A stretch of 64,000 nucleotides of DNA from Pyrinomonadaceae bacterium (GCA_041747575.1 JBGTEX010000034.1:1560-65559); one strand, 5' to 3'; positions 8,376 through 19,950 are shown, numbered from the stretch's first letter. Numbers and translations: made by a program. Notes: generated from the letters alone by a model not told the origin.

Positions 8376-9887
8376 ATGAAACTCTTTTCGAATCTCAAGA
8401 TTTGGTTAATTTGCTTAAGCTGCATGATGTTTTTTGTCGTGGGGCAGCTCTCTTCGAAACTATCAAGCAAGGCGGAAGTGATTGCGGAGACAGCCGTCGC
8501 CGTTCCTTCACCTACTCCCTGTCCAGCCCCTAACGTTCAGGCAGCTGGGGAAGGATAGCGAGGGGCACGTCATCCGTTGTTGTCCACATCAATAGTAATC
8601 AAGGTCAGTTTAGCTCTGCTCAATTCAGTTGTCTAAACGCTGCGTTTAGTAATTGGAATTCGGCAAATCAATCAAATGGCTCGGGAATACAGTTCACCGT
8701 AACACACAGCATGCAGATCGTCGCTCAACTTAATCCTCCAGGCGTTACCGGACAAGGCGTTCGCGTACAGGTTAATTATGCCACTCCTCCAAACCCTCAG
8801 GCTGGCCGGTGACACTAGTCCTCTAAACGATCCATCGACTCCGGGATGGGATGGAGCTGTAATACGGGTCAACCCGGGAACTACGAAGTGCACCACTCTC
8901 ACGCAGACGATGGCGCATGAAATAGGACATCTTATGGGTCTTGACGAGTGTCCGAACTGCCCTGCTGGTACGACGGCGATGGGTGTTGTGCCCTGTGATT
9001 CAAGAGGAAATTGTAATCTGAACGACACTGTGTGGGGGAGAAGCAGTCCTTCGACTTGCGACAACTCAACGGTTCAGCAACGGTACGCTACGCCGACGCC
9101 GACGCCAACTCCGACGCCAACGCCGCCGCCTACACCCGACCCGACATTCGATTGTGAGCCTCCGTTTGGCGAGATGAATTCTTGTTCGTTCGGCAAGAGT
9201 TTTGATCCTAACACCGGTCTTTGCTGTACCGGCGGGGGTGGATGCATTGATCCGCCGTTGGAGTCCACAGCATGTTATCAGGGCGCCTGGGATTTTTGTA
9301 AGGGATGTTGTCTCGATAGTGCGGGAAATTGCAGTTACTCACCGATTGTGATTGAAATAGAGGGAGATGGTTTTGCGTTGACCGATGCGGCGGGCGGCGT
9401 CAGTTTCGACATTCACCCGAACGGAGTTGCGGAAAGAATTTCATGGACAGCCGTCGGGGCGGACGACGCCTGGCTTGTTCTTGATCGTAACGACAATGGA
9501 ACGATTGATGATGGAACTGAGTTGTTTGGCAACTTTACAGACCAGCCAAACCCGCCGATGGGTGAAGAGAGACACGGTTTTTTGGCTCTGGCTGTTTTTG
9601 ATAAGTTTGAAAATTTAGGCAATGGCGACGGGGTTATCACCAGAAGGGATGCGGTTTTTGGGAGTCTGCGGTTGTGGCAGGACGGTAATCATAACGGAAT
9701 TTCGGAACCAGGCGAGCTGAAAACGCTTGACGAATTGGGCCTCGCCGAGATCGACCTCAAGTACAAAGAATCGAAGAAAACCGACCAGCACGGCAATCAA
9801 TTTAAATACCGCTCAAAGGTAAAAGACGCCCGCGGCGCCCAACTCGGCCGCTGGGCCTGGGATGTTTTTCTTAAGACAGCCCCGTAA
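8376..9887 (+). pseudogene. secreted metzincin-like zinc metalloprotease with Cys-rich and EF-hand/dockerin-like Ca-binding C-terminal region, split by two frameshifts
   Basis: Signal peptide MKLFSNLKIWLICLSCMMFFVVG in frame 0, ending at TAG 8556..8558. The middle part is in frame 2 (...VVVHINSNQGQFSSAQFSCLNAAFSNWNSANQSNGSGIQFTV...[13 protein letters not shown], stop 8810..8812). The remainder is back in frame 0 (track ORF 8778..9887) and carries [17 protein letters not shown] (HExxH), a (TP)n linker, and [13 protein letters not shown] / [10 protein letters not shown] / [12 protein letters not shown] loops. Confidence 0.6.
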
Positions 9888-10034
9888 ATTATAGCCTGAA
9901 CCCGTATTAACGTAAGCGTTGTGATCGGCATGCTTTCGAGGTTTACTACCCGGCTTCGCGCTCAGAAATCTGCACGCGCGGCATTGTCTGATTTCATCTC
10001 CGAACCAAGTTAAAATTTCATATCTTTGTGCCGC

Positions 10035-11156
10035 TTAATTTTTTACGTAATAGCCCTGTCGCGAACGAACGCGGAGATTGGTGCGGGTTGGCAGGCCGAC
10101 GTCAAGCCTGACAAATTTATTGACCGGAAAATCTGATTCCGAGTAATACTGGATCAGATATTGAGAGCGAAGCTCACTCGTCAGCTGGCCAAAGATGCGG
10201 TCAAGAATTTCGGCGTTTTTGCGAACATTGTTGGTGTTTTGATACCCGTCTTTGGTATCGATGGGCTGAAATTTTGGCAGAAATGCGGTGCCGCCGGTGT
10301 CACCGGCAAAATTCTGCATGTTCTGCTGTCCAAAAACGCTGATCTTGTTCAGTTTGAAAGAGCTTCCGGCCGGATTTATCGAGTAAAAAACAGTATCGGC
10401 ATTTTGCAGGAGACGCAAAACGCGCATTCGTTCCCCAACGCTCGCTTCGTTTCTGGCGGCGACGGTCAAACGGTATAAGCTCTTGTTATCAATGGTATTT
10501 ATATTTTCACCGGCTTTGCGGTAACCGTCCTGGATTGCCTTTGCGATACGCGAGCTGTTTGTATCTTCGCCGTCCGAGATAACGACGATCACGCGGCGCG
10601 TACCCTCGGGTGCGTTTGTGCGAAGATATTCAGCCGCAGCCGCAACCGTGTCATAAAAGGCCGTAAACTGCTTCGTAGGCACTATCGACATTATGGCCGC
10701 GGTTGATCTTTCGGCTGTATTTCTCGGTTCTATGAGTATCGGTTTTTCTCCGATAGTAAAGATCGTGGCCCTATCATTTGACCGTAAAACGTCACGCAAA
10801 AACTTCGCCGCCGTTTCCTGCTGAAACTTAAACATCGGGCTCGTCGTCGCCGAAATGTCAAAGAGCAGGGCAATCTCGAGCGGAACGCTTTCGGCGGAGG
10901 CTATATTCTCGATCGTCTGCGGCCGGCCCTCTTCCGAAATACGAAAATTCTGAGCCGTAAGGCCGGTAACGGCACGGCCATCAGCGTCCGTTACCGAAAC
11001 GGGGACGACGACGAGCCGCGATTCGACCTTTATTATCTCGTCCTCTCCGTTTGGTTTTGGCGTCGGCGTTTGAGCGGCAGCGGCAAAAACAACGGCGAAA
11101 GTAAAAACAGAGGTTAGTAACAAATATTGGTATTTAATGCGAAACATCCTGATCAC
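10035..11156 (-). CDS. VWA domain-containing secreted protein (type common in Acidobacteria)
   Basis: 373 aa with a signal peptide. VWA-like LLFDISATTSPMF ... RRVIVVISDGEDTNS. Confidence 0.75.
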   Translation of the reverse strand: MIRMFRIKYQYLLLTSVFTFAVVFAAAAQTPTPKPNGEDEIIKVESRLVVVPVSVTDADGRAVTGLTAQNFRISEEGRPQTIENIASAESVPLEIALLFDISATTSPMFKFQQETAAKFLRDVLRSNDRATIFTIGEKPILIEPRNTAERSTAAIMSIVPTKQFTAFYDTVAAAAEYLRTNAPEGTRRVIVVISDGEDTNSSRIAKAIQDGYRKAGENINTIDNKSLYRLTVAARNEASVGERMRVLRLLQNADTVFYSINPAGSSFKLNKISVFGQQNMQNFAGDTGGTAFLPKFQPIDTKDGYQNTNNVRKNAEILDRIFGQLTSELRSQYLIQYYSESDFPVNKFVRLDVGLPTRTNLRVRSRQGYYVKN

Positions 11157-11235
11157 CTCTTAGATAGTATTAGAGGGCATCGAGGCCGGTGGATATAGAA
11201 CACACGACCTCAAAAATGCCCTCTTTTGAATGGAA

Positions 11236-12195
11236 TTACCTGTCGTCGTTGACCTGTCTGACCTCGACATTTTGGTTAAGGCCGCGGCTTACGAGAAGTT
11301 TAACCTCGACACGCCGATTCTGTTCACGACCCTCGAGGGTCGAATTATCGGCAACCGCCTGAAGCTCACCAAAGCCGTAAGAAGTGCTCATTCGGCGAAG
11401 CGGAATATTGTGAGTTTCGATCAAATATTCCTTGACGGCCTGTGCGCGCCGGTCGCTTAAAACTTTATTCTTTTTGGCGTCACCGTCGGATGAGGCAAAA
11501 CCTGTGACCTCGATTGCGTAACCTTTCAAAGTCATCGCAGCGATCGCAACCTCGTCAAGCGAAGCCCTGGCTTCGGGCGAAAGAACCGCGCTGTTTACGC
11601 GGAAATTAACCGTCGCCGATGACTGAACGAGATATTCGTCAATATCGCCGATCCGCTTATTGGTGGCGTTTACACCCTCGACCGCGGCGTCAGCCGTGTC
11701 CTGAGCGGCTTTCGCGCCGCCCTTTGCGGCATTTGAGATCGCCATTAGCTCATCGATCTGACCGGAAACGCGTTCGGCGTTCTGCTCGGCAGCCGTAAGC
11801 CGGTCTTCGGTCGGAGCGACGCGAGCGTCGATCGACTGGGCGGTCAGCAGATTGCTCTTTTCAAACCTGACCTTATTAACGGTTACGGCCCCGGTGCTGT
11901 CTCCGCGACCCTCGACCTCCATATTCAAACCACGAACAAGAGCCGTTACCGGATATCTGTCACCGCCAAAAAATGCATTATTCTTGATGCTTGCGTTTGG
12001 TTCGATGACGATCTTAGTGTCGATTCCTACTGCATCGCGGACGATAAAGGTATTGCTGTCATCTTTTGAGACGACAACGCCTTTGATCTTATACTTTTGC
12101 CCGGCTACCGCCGTTCGCAATTGGGCATCCTGTGCAAAAACTCCCACAACCCCGATGGCCAGGGATAGAACTATAACTGAAACTCGTTTAAACAT
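11236..12195 (-). CDS. OmpA family protein
   Basis: 319 aa with a signal peptide. C-terminal OmpA-like domain: NFRVNSAVLSPEARASLDEVA...EVTGFASSDGDAKKNKVLSDRRAQAVKEYL...NRRVEVKLL. Confidence 0.8.
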   Translation of the reverse strand: MFKRVSVIVLSLAIGVVGVFAQDAQLRTAVAGQKYKIKGVVVSKDDSNTFIVRDAVGIDTKIVIEPNASIKNNAFFGGDRYPVTALVRGLNMEVEGRGDSTGAVTVNKVRFEKSNLLTAQSIDARVAPTEDRLTAAEQNAERVSGQIDELMAISNAAKGGAKAAQDTADAAVEGVNATNKRIGDIDEYLVQSSATVNFRVNSAVLSPEARASLDEVAIAAMTLKGYAIEVTGFASSDGDAKKNKVLSDRRAQAVKEYLIETHNIPLRRMSTSYGFGELQAVADNSTLEGREQNRRVEVKLLVSRGLNQNVEVRQVNDDR

Positions 12196-12614
12196 AATTT
12201 TCTCCTCAAAATTGAAAAAGTCGATGATTTCAAATATTCCGGGATTTTAGACGCGAAAACGTCAACGCGGGTTGTCGGTAAAACTGTGAATCTAATTAGA
12301 AACAGGCAACTCACTACTGAAACTCCCGGAAGCGGACAGTTTGCCGATCAAAACGACAAACCAGAAAGGAAGAGCAAGCGAAAAGGCAAGACCAATGACA
12401 TCAAAACCATCATACACGAAACCGGCCAAAATGCAAACAACAGATTTGCCACCCGGTACGGAAACGATAGCGACCGGGTAGAACCTTACGCTTCCGGTTC
12501 TGAACCGGAGTAATCACGGGGCAAGGACCCAGTCGCTATCGCCCGCAAAAAGGCGTTTTTGTTTGAAGTCCCGCGAGGGACGGATGAACATAGTTTGAAG
12601 GAGACGGCATCCTG

Positions 12615-13142
12615 TCAGGCGGTGTTTGTAGTTCGCCACTTTGCCGCCTTATCGTCGATCTCATTGATGAGGCCATCTTTGCCATCCATATATCCGTCAG
12701 GGTTTTGCGAGTGTTCTGCAGCCAGCGTTCGTTTTAATTCGCTATATTTTTGTGCGTCGTCGGGGTGCGCGATCATGTAGTCGCGAAATGCCAGGTGGCG
12801 TTCAATCTCCGGCGAACCGGCCGCAAATGTATGTATCTGATGAGTTCTGATCCCTTTCCGATCATCTTTACGAAAGTATCGGCGACCGGATATGCCGAAT
12901 TCGCCCATTACTTCATAGCCTAACGACTCCATTGACGAACTTTGCGCTTCCACCTCAACAATGTTTCTGACCACGACTAACATATCGATAACGGGCTTTG
13001 CATAAATGTTTGGAATAGCCGTGCTGCCGATGTGGTGGATGGCGACGATATTTTCTGAGAAAGCGGCGGCGATATGCTTCGCTTCTGTCACGAAAATATC
13101 CCGCCACCGGGGGTTGTGTCGGACAACTTCCAGGATTTGCAT
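12615..13142 (-). CDS. GrpB family protein (UPF0157)
   Basis: 175 aa with HHIGSTAIPNIYAKPVIDMLVVV and C-terminal DPDGYMDGKD, typical of GrpB. Confidence 0.75.
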   Translation of the reverse strand: MQILEVVRHNPRWRDIFVTEAKHIAAAFSENIVAIHHIGSTAIPNIYAKPVIDMLVVVRNIVEVEAQSSSMESLGYEVMGEFGISGRRYFRKDDRKGIRTHQIHTFAAGSPEIERHLAFRDYMIAHPDDAQKYSELKRTLAAEHSQNPDGYMDGKDGLINEIDDKAAKWRTTNTA

Positions 13143-13227
13143 ATATTGACATTTTAAACGTAACGCCCTTAACGCAAAAATAGGCGGCCGAAGCCCTTCG
13201 TTACAAGCGGTCTAAAATGGCCGGCGC

Positions 13228-15348
13228 TTATTGGCCGATCCCATAAATATAAGGAGCGATGACCAGAGACACGATAGACATCAGCTTGATAAGGATGTTC
13301 ATCGACGGGCCGGACGTATCTTTGAACGGGTCGCCGACCGTGTCACCGGTTACTGATGCCTTGTGCGCCTCAGATCCTTTGAAAACCATCTCACCGTTGA
13401 TCTCAACGCCTTTTTCAAAGGATTTTTTTGCATTGTCCCAGGCGCCACCCGCGTTTGACTGAAATATGCCCATCAGAACGCCGGAAACGGTCACGCCCGC
13501 GAGGAGGCCGCCTAAAACTTCAGGCCCCATCGTAAAACCAACGATCACCGGGGTTATCAGAGCGATAGCCCCCGGCATCATCATTTCCCTCAAGGAAGCT
13601 TTGGTCGATATTGCTACACATTTTTCGTATTCCGGCTTAGCCTTGTATTCCATAATGCCCGGGATCTCCCGGAACTGCCGGCGGACTTCCTGCACCATAT
13701 CCATCGCTGCTCTGCCCACGGCCTGAATACATAAAGCCGAAAATATAAACGGAATCATTCCGCCAATAAATAAACCGGCTAAAACCGGCGCCTTATAAAT
13801 ATCGATCCTGTCGATACCGGCAATACCCACAAATGCCGCGAACAGCGCGAGCGAGGTCAGCGCGGCCGAGGCAATAGCAAAACCTTTGCCGGTCGCCGCG
13901 GTTGTATTGCCAACGGCATCCAGATTATCTGTACGCTCACGCACTTCGGGCGGCAGCTGGCTCATTTCGGCAATGCCGCCGGCGTTATCGGCGATCGGGC
14001 CAAATGCGTCGATCGCAAGCTGCATCGCCGTCGTGGCCATCATGCCCGCCGCCGCGATCGCTACGCCGTACAATCCGGCAAAATAGTAAGACGCCATGAT
14101 ACCGCCGGCCAGTGTCAGAATCGGAATAACGGTCGATTTCATACCGACGGCCAGACCGGCAATGATGTTGGTAGCGTGTCCGGTTGATGATTGTTGAATG
14201 ATCGAATTTACGGGCTTTTTACCCATCGCCGTGTAATATTCGGTAACGATGCTCATGATCGCCCCGACAACCGTTCCGACAACGATGGCGGCAAAAACGC
14301 CATTCTTATTAAAAGTCGTTGTACGCAAAGCTATCTGACCTTCGGGCAGCATCCACATTACGACGAAGTATGAGGCGGCCACCGTCAGGATCATCGACGC
14401 CCAGTTTCCAATGTTCAGTGCATTCTGAACGCTTGATCTGTCGTCCTTGATCGTAACAAACCAGAATCCAACGATAGAGAAAACAATTCCGAGCCCGCAG
14501 ATCACCATCGGCAGCAAGATCGCCGACATTCCGCCAAAAGCGTCGGTCACGACGATCTCCTGTCCCAAAACCATTGTTGCCAGGATAGTCGCCACATACG
14601 AACCAAAAAGATCGGCACCCATACCCGCGACATCGCCCACATTATCGCCGACGTTGTCTGCGATGGTAGCCGGATTGCGAACATCGTCTTCCGGAATTCC
14701 CGCTTCGACCTTGCCGACCAGGTCTGCACCGACGTCGGCCGCTTTTGTATAGATGCCGCCGCCCACTCGTGCAAAAAGTGCTATCGATTCGGCCCCCAAT
14801 GAGAAGCCGGTCAAGACCTCGATCGCCGTCCGAACCTGATTTGCCCCTAAGCCCGCAAACACCGCAAGAAACACAATGAACAAACCGCCCAGGCCCAAAA
14901 CCGCCAAACCCGCGACACCAAGCCCCATAACGGTGCCGCCCGTGAAAGACACTTTCAGCGCCTGCTTCAAACTTGTACGCGCCGCCTGTGTTGTGCGAAC
15001 GTTCGCCTTGGTCGCGACCCGCATCCCGATATATCCAGCTGTAGCGGAAAACACGGCACCTATAATAAATGCGATAGAGATCAACCAGCTTGAGTGTATC
15101 TCCCTGCCATTTACCTCGTGGATCGTTCCTGAATAGGCAAGTAAAGCCGCCGTAAATAAAGCGAATATGCTGAGAACCTTCCACTCCGCTTTCAAAAACG
15201 CCATTGCTCCGTCGGCAATATAACCAGCAAGTTCCTGCATGTTCGGGTCACCCGCATCCTGCTTCGAAACCCAAGCCGACTTAAAAGCCATTACCAGCAA
15301 TCCTAAAACCCCTAAAGCGGGTACCAAATAAATTACGTAACTGTTCAT
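13228..15348 (-). CDS. hppA: membrane-bound proton/sodium-translocating pyrophosphatase
   Basis: 706 aa and polytopic. Hallmark motifs [37 protein letters not shown] and [15 protein letters not shown]. Confidence 0.95.
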   Translation of the reverse strand: MNSYVIYLVPALGVLGLLVMAFKSAWVSKQDAGDPNMQELAGYIADGAMAFLKAEWKVLSIFALFTAALLAYSGTIHEVNGREIHSSWLISIAFIIGAVFSATAGYIGMRVATKANVRTTQAARTSLKQALKVSFTGGTVMGLGVAGLAVLGLGGLFIVFLAVFAGLGANQVRTAIEVLTGFSLGAESIALFARVGGGIYTKAADVGADLVGKVEAGIPEDDVRNPATIADNVGDNVGDVAGMGADLFGSYVATILATMVLGQEIVVTDAFGGMSAILLPMVICGLGIVFSIVGFWFVTIKDDRSSVQNALNIGNWASMILTVAASYFVVMWMLPEGQIALRTTTFNKNGVFAAIVVGTVVGAIMSIVTEYYTAMGKKPVNSIIQQSSTGHATNIIAGLAVGMKSTVIPILTLAGGIMASYYFAGLYGVAIAAAGMMATTAMQLAIDAFGPIADNAGGIAEMSQLPPEVRERTDNLDAVGNTTAATGKGFAIASAALTSLALFAAFVGIAGIDRIDIYKAPVLAGLFIGGMIPFIFSALCIQAVGRAAMDMVQEVRRQFREIPGIMEYKAKPEYEKCVAISTKASLREMMMPGAIALITPVIVGFTMGPEVLGGLLAGVTVSGVLMGIFQSNAGGAWDNAKKSFEKGVEINGEMVFKGSEAHKASVTGDTVGDPFKDTSGPSMNILIKLMSIVSLVIAPYIYGIGQ

Positions 15349-15642
15349 ATTGTTTCTATTCTTTGTTTCGCCAATCGCTCAAATACAAATTTAATATTTC
15401 TATCTCGTCGAATTCGGGCACAAACTTAGATAAAGCCCAGCAGATGTCCAAAACTATTGATTATCGAATACTTACATCTATTTAACAAATAACGCGGAGC
15501 AGATTGTCATTTACTGTAATTTTTTCTTTTAGTTCGGGTGAGGATTAGAAATGCGGTTGACACGGATAACGCGGATTTGTCGCCGGTCATCCGCGAAATC
15601 CGCTTCATCTTTGTTCTACTATTTTTGCGCTAAAATAACGGC

Positions 15643-16029
15643 ATGCGAAATTTAAGCGTTAAATCGTCTCAGCGGGAAGAAATGGTCGAAATCACTTCCG
15701 AAGCCGAGCGGCTTTTACCCGAAACAGGCAGCGGGATTTGCGTGCTTTTTACGCAGCATACAACGTGCGGCCTGACGATAAACGAGAATGCCGACCCGGA
15801 CGTTAAATCGGACATGCTCGGTTTTCTGAGCAGGCTAATCGCGCAATACGACGAGAATTTTAAACATTTCGAGCATAATTCGGACGCTCACATTAAATCA
15901 TCGCTCGTAGGTTCGAGCGTGACGGTCCCCTTTACCGACGGCAAATTTTTACTCGGAAGGTGGCAGGGAATCTATCTCTGCGAATTCGACGGGGCGAGAG
16001 AAAGAAATGTTTTGATGATCATGAGGTAA
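15643..16029 (+). CDS. yjbQ: YjbQ family protein (UPF0047, secondary thiamine-phosphate synthase-like)
   Basis: 128 aa with HTTCGLTINENADPDVKSDM and HNSDAHIKSSLVGSS. Confidence 0.8.
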   Translation: MRNLSVKSSQREEMVEITSEAERLLPETGSGICVLFTQHTTCGLTINENADPDVKSDMLGFLSRLIAQYDENFKHFEHNSDAHIKSSLVGSSVTVPFTDGKFLLGRWQGIYLCEFDGARERNVLMIMR

Positions 16030-16033
16030 TATT

Positions 16034-16444
16034 ATGACCGTCGGATATTCCGGCAGACCGCTGGCAAAGAAGCTTGGTATTAAAGAGGATTTTTCGATAG
16101 TCACCGTAAATGCTCCCGATTATTTCGAAGAGCTATTGCGGCCATTACCGAACAATGTTTCATTGAGCACTCAGCTAATAGCCGAAGCCGATGTCATTCA
16201 CTTTTTTACCAACAGCCGCGACGAGCTTTTTCGCGGCCTCGCCGAATACAGAAACCTTATAAAACAAAATGGCATGATATGGTTGTCCTGGTATAAAAAA
16301 GCCGCAAAACTTCCGACAGAGATAACGGAAGACACCGTTCGCGAAGCCGCTTTCCCGTTAGGATTGGTCGATATAAAGGTCTGTGCGGTGGATGAAAAAT
16401 GGTCGGGTTTGAAATTGGTAATTCGCAGGGAAAATCGTGTATAA
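16034..16444 (+). CDS. DUF3052 domain-containing protein
   Basis: 136 aa. The N-terminus MTVGYSGRPLAKKLGIKEDF is characteristic of DUF3052. Confidence 0.65.
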   Translation: MTVGYSGRPLAKKLGIKEDFSIVTVNAPDYFEELLRPLPNNVSLSTQLIAEADVIHFFTNSRDELFRGLAEYRNLIKQNGMIWLSWYKKAAKLPTEITEDTVREAAFPLGLVDIKVCAVDEKWSGLKLVIRRENRV

Positions 16445-16594
16445 TCGCAAAACGCAGGGAGCCCGCATAAATTGTTAAGATTTCGCAGATCAGCCTGCGT
16501 AATGCTGATCGGTAAGGAAAAGCCGCCGATAACCGGTTGAAACACTTTTCAGTCAGCACCGGATTCGAATACTTTCAATACAAGGAGAAAAAAT

Positions 16595-17026
16595 ATGATC
16601 GCAGTAAACCCATACATTTCGTTAAAGGGCAATTGCAAAGAGGCAATTGATTTTTATAAGGATGCGCTCGGAGCAGAAGTTTTATTCACTCAGACTTACG
16701 GCGAATCGCCTATGTCGGACATGGGGCCGGCAGACGCGATTATGCACTCGACGATAAAGATCGGGGGTTCGGAGATAATGTTTTCCGACGATATGCGGCC
16801 CGAAGCGGCGGGGTCGTCGGGCAACATCTCTCTTGCCATCGGTCTAAATGACGTGGAGAAAGCCAAAACATATTTTAATAATCTGGCTGACGGCGGGAAG
16901 ATTACGATGCCTCTCGAAAAAACCTTTTGGGCCGAGGCCTTCGGTATGCTGACCGATAAATTCGGTATAAACTGGATGGTGAATTGCGACGCCCCGCAGG
17001 ATGCGGACAGATCGGCGGCAGCATAA
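16595..17026 (+). CDS. VOC/glyoxalase superfamily protein, PhnB-like
   Basis: 143 aa with NPYISLKGNCKEAIDFYKDALGAEV ... TFWAEAFGMLTDKFGINWMVN. Confidence 0.75.
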   Translation: MIAVNPYISLKGNCKEAIDFYKDALGAEVLFTQTYGESPMSDMGPADAIMHSTIKIGGSEIMFSDDMRPEAAGSSGNISLAIGLNDVEKAKTYFNNLADGGKITMPLEKTFWAEAFGMLTDKFGINWMVNCDAPQDADRSAAA

Positions 17027-17139
17027 CATCGAGTCAAAACAAAAAGTAAACGGAAAACCATCAACACTAAGTCCCGACTTGAGACGGCTTTTTAGCGGGC
17101 GGGAAGATCGCCGAAAGGCGGGACTTCGACTGAACTTGT

Positions 17140-18663
17140 ATGAGCGAACCGATTTTAATAGCAAAAAAAGACGGAAATGAATTCAGCCTTTTACCACAAA
17201 TGGCAAACCGTCACGGCGTCATCACCGGTGCAACCGGGACAGGTAAGACCGTGACCCTACAGCGGATCGCCGAAGGATTCAGCACGCGCGGTGTGCCGGT
17301 TTTTATGGCGGATATTAAGGGCGACCTGACTGGCGTAACTCAGGCCGGCGGCGGAAATGCAAAGGTTGACGACCGTTATAAGCTGCTCGGTATCGAGCCC
17401 GTGTTTGCGGGATTTCCCGCGACCTTGTGGGATGTGTTTGGCAAACAGGGTCATCCGCTGCGTGCGACGGTTTCAGAAATGGGGCCGTTGCTGCTGGCCC
17501 GGCTTCTCGATCTAAACGACACGCAGGAAGGCGTTTTATCCATCGCATTCAAATATGCCGATGAAAACGGCCTCTTGCTGCTTGATCTAAAAGATCTTCA
17601 GTCCCTGATGCAGTATGTCGGGCAAAATGCCAACGAACTGACGCTTCAATACGGCAATGTTTCGGCCGCTTCCGTTGGTGCGATCCAGCGGGGGCTTCTC
17701 CAGATTGACGAACAGGGCGGCGATCTTTTTTTTAGCGAACCGGCCGTAAAGCTGGACGATTTTATGCAGACGGCCGGCGGCAAAGGCGTTCTCAACCTGC
17801 TCGCCGCCGACCAGCTTATCAATGCGCCAAAGCTCTATTCGACATTTCTGTTATGGCTTTTGAGCGAGCTTTTTGAATCGCTGCCCGAGGCCGGCGATCT
17901 CGAAAAGCCAAAACTCGTTTTCTTTTTTGACGAAGCTCACTTGCTGTTTGCCGGCGCTCCGCAAGCCCTGATCGATAAGGTCGAACAGGTCGTGCGGCTG
18001 ATCCGTTCAAAAGGCGTAGGTGTTTATTTTGTGACGCAAAACCCGGCTGACATACCGGAAAAGGTTTTGGCTCAATGCGGCAACCGCGTGCAGCACGCCC
18101 TTCGGGCCTACACGCCGCAGGAGCAAAAAGGCGTCCGTGCGGCCGCGTCATCGTTTCGTGTCAACCCAAAACTCGACACCGAAACCGTCATCACCGAACT
18201 CGGCGTCGGCGAAGTTTTGATCTCGACACTCGATGAAAAAGGCGTTCCGTCTATCGTTGAACGAGCCTTCGTCGTTCCGCCAGGCGGCCGTCTCGGACCG
18301 ATCACATCGGAACAACGCTCCGCATTGATCGCAAATTCGCTTGTCGCCGGGGTCTATGAAAACGCGGTTGACCGCGAATCCGCCTTCGAACTGCTGACCG
18401 CAAAAGCCGAAGCCAAAGCCGCCGAACAGCAGCAAATGCAGGAAGCCGAAGCAGCCGCAAAAGAAGCCGAAAAGCAGGCAAAAGAAGAGGCCAGAGCATC
18501 GCGAAGTTCCAGCCGAAACGATACGCTTGTCGAATCAGTAACAAAAAGCGTGGCCCGCTCGGCAAGCTCATCAATCGGCCGACAGATCGGCAACACCATA
18601 GTCCGCGGCATTCTTGGCAGTATTTTTGGCGGGAAAAGTAAAAGTAAAAGCAGCTGGTTTTGA
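17140..18663 (+). CDS. HerA-like ATPase, DUF853 (YjgR) family
   Basis: 507 aa. [25 protein letters not shown] (Walker A), [10 protein letters not shown] (Walker B) and a K/E/A-rich C-terminal tail. Confidence 0.85.
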   Translation: MSEPILIAKKDGNEFSLLPQMANRHGVITGATGTGKTVTLQRIAEGFSTRGVPVFMADIKGDLTGVTQAGGGNAKVDDRYKLLGIEPVFAGFPATLWDVFGKQGHPLRATVSEMGPLLLARLLDLNDTQEGVLSIAFKYADENGLLLLDLKDLQSLMQYVGQNANELTLQYGNVSAASVGAIQRGLLQIDEQGGDLFFSEPAVKLDDFMQTAGGKGVLNLLAADQLINAPKLYSTFLLWLLSELFESLPEAGDLEKPKLVFFFDEAHLLFAGAPQALIDKVEQVVRLIRSKGVGVYFVTQNPADIPEKVLAQCGNRVQHALRAYTPQEQKGVRAAASSFRVNPKLDTETVITELGVGEVLISTLDEKGVPSIVERAFVVPPGGRLGPITSEQRSALIANSLVAGVYENAVDRESAFELLTAKAEAKAAEQQQMQEAEAAAKEAEKQAKEEARASRSSSRNDTLVESVTKSVARSASSSIGRQIGNTIVRGILGSIFGGKSKSKSSWF

Positions 18664-18748
18664 CATTTAATTTATTTATTCGCAGCTTTACGGGCGTTTT
18701 TTGCCGCAAATGTACGAATAAGATCTTTTGAATTTTGAGGTAATCGTT

Positions 18749-19816
18749 ATGGCGGACAATGACACAATGCTTCTGGTCGGCACCGCAAAAGGGCTGTTCA
18801 TCCTGCGCGGCGCCAACGGTAAATGGAAAATCGACGGGCCGCATTTTGCCGGACGGGCGGTGTATTCGGCTTTTTTTGATCAGCGAACGGGGCGAAGCGA
18901 GATGTGGGCCGCACCGACAAGCTGGCATTTTGGAGCCGAACTCTCAAAAAGCACGGATATGGGCAAGACTTGGGACGCACCCGAACGCATGCGCATCAAA
19001 ATGCCCGTTAATACAAAAAAATCGCTCGAGAATATTTGGCAGATCGCTCCTGGCGCCGGTGATGATTCGCTTTATATAGGCGTCGCTCCGGCGGCTTTGT
19101 TCGAATCGCATGACCGCGGCGAGACCTGGAATCTAAACAAAGGCCTGTGGAAACATCCGCACCGCAAAAAATGGACGCCCGGTTTTGGCGGGCTCTGTCT
19201 TCACACGATCGTGACGGATACAAAAGATAAGAATGACATCAAGATCGCGATCTCGACCGGCGGCGTTTATCAAACCAAAGACGGCGGCGAAAATTGGCAG
19301 GTGACGAACACGGGCGTAAAAGCTTATTTTCTGCCCGATCCGTTTCCCGAATTTGGCCAATGCGTTCACAAGATCGCGCGTCACCCTTCGAAGAAAAAGC
19401 TATTCTTTTTGCAAAACCATCACGGCGTGTATAAAAGCCGCGACGGAGCGGCGACCTGGAAGGAAATTGAAAGTGGATTACCGTCGAATTTCGGATTCGG
19501 GTTGACGGTGAGCGATGCGGGTTCAGTCTTTATCGTTCCATTGAAGGCGGATGGTGAGCGTTTCACCTGCGAAGGAAAACTTCGCGTCTATCGCAGCCGC
19601 GACGAAGGCAAAACGTGGCAGCCGCTGACTAAAGGTTTGCCGCAAAAAAATGCGTACGAAGTTATCTTGCGCGATGCGGTCGCCTCGGTCGGCGATAATA
19701 TATTTTTTGGCACAAAAAACGGAAAACTCTTCGGCTCGAATGACGACGGCGATTCGTGGAAGATGATCGAAGGTTCGCTACCCGAAATCTGCTGTGTGAA
19801 ATCTTATACGATCTAG
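18749..19816 (+). CDS. six-bladed BNR/Asp-box (sialidase-fold) repeat protein
   Basis: Track ORF 18728..19816 starts at TTG. I prefer ATG 18749 (MADNDT), which follows GAGG. Six Asp-boxes: STDMGKTW, SHDRGETW, TKDGGENW, SRDGAATW, SRDEGKTW, SNDDGDSW. Confidence 0.7.
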   Translation: MADNDTMLLVGTAKGLFILRGANGKWKIDGPHFAGRAVYSAFFDQRTGRSEMWAAPTSWHFGAELSKSTDMGKTWDAPERMRIKMPVNTKKSLENIWQIAPGAGDDSLYIGVAPAALFESHDRGETWNLNKGLWKHPHRKKWTPGFGGLCLHTIVTDTKDKNDIKIAISTGGVYQTKDGGENWQVTNTGVKAYFLPDPFPEFGQCVHKIARHPSKKKLFFLQNHHGVYKSRDGAATWKEIESGLPSNFGFGLTVSDAGSVFIVPLKADGERFTCEGKLRVYRSRDEGKTWQPLTKGLPQKNAYEVILRDAVASVGDNIFFGTKNGKLFGSNDDGDSWKMIEGSLPEICCVKSYTI

Positions 19817-19950
19817 ATGTGCATAAATTGCCTGCACTTTTACGTGGATGTTAACGACAAAAGGACCATCCGGGCTTTAGCCAAAACTTATTTTGAATTC
19901 TGCAGAAATTTTGTCGAAAGCCAGTGCTCCAACTGGAGGCAATTAATAAG

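Noticed and set aside
12286-12513. 75-aa plus-strand ORF, plus a hydrophobic minus-strand reading (…VVCILAGFVYDGFDVIGLAFSLALPFWFVVLIG…)
   Set aside because: The plus-strand product is low-complexity (Lys/Thr/Asn-rich). The minus-strand frame has no usable start codon upstream of the hydrophobic segment. Neither can be supported.
16463-16490. Possible fourth, degenerate copy of the CATAAAT repeat (GCCCGCATAAATTGTTAAGATTTC); also GTGCATAAATTGCCTGCAC at 19824
   Set aside because: Agreement is limited to an AT-rich core of ~8 nt plus scattered matches, which is compatible with chance or with generic terminator loops.
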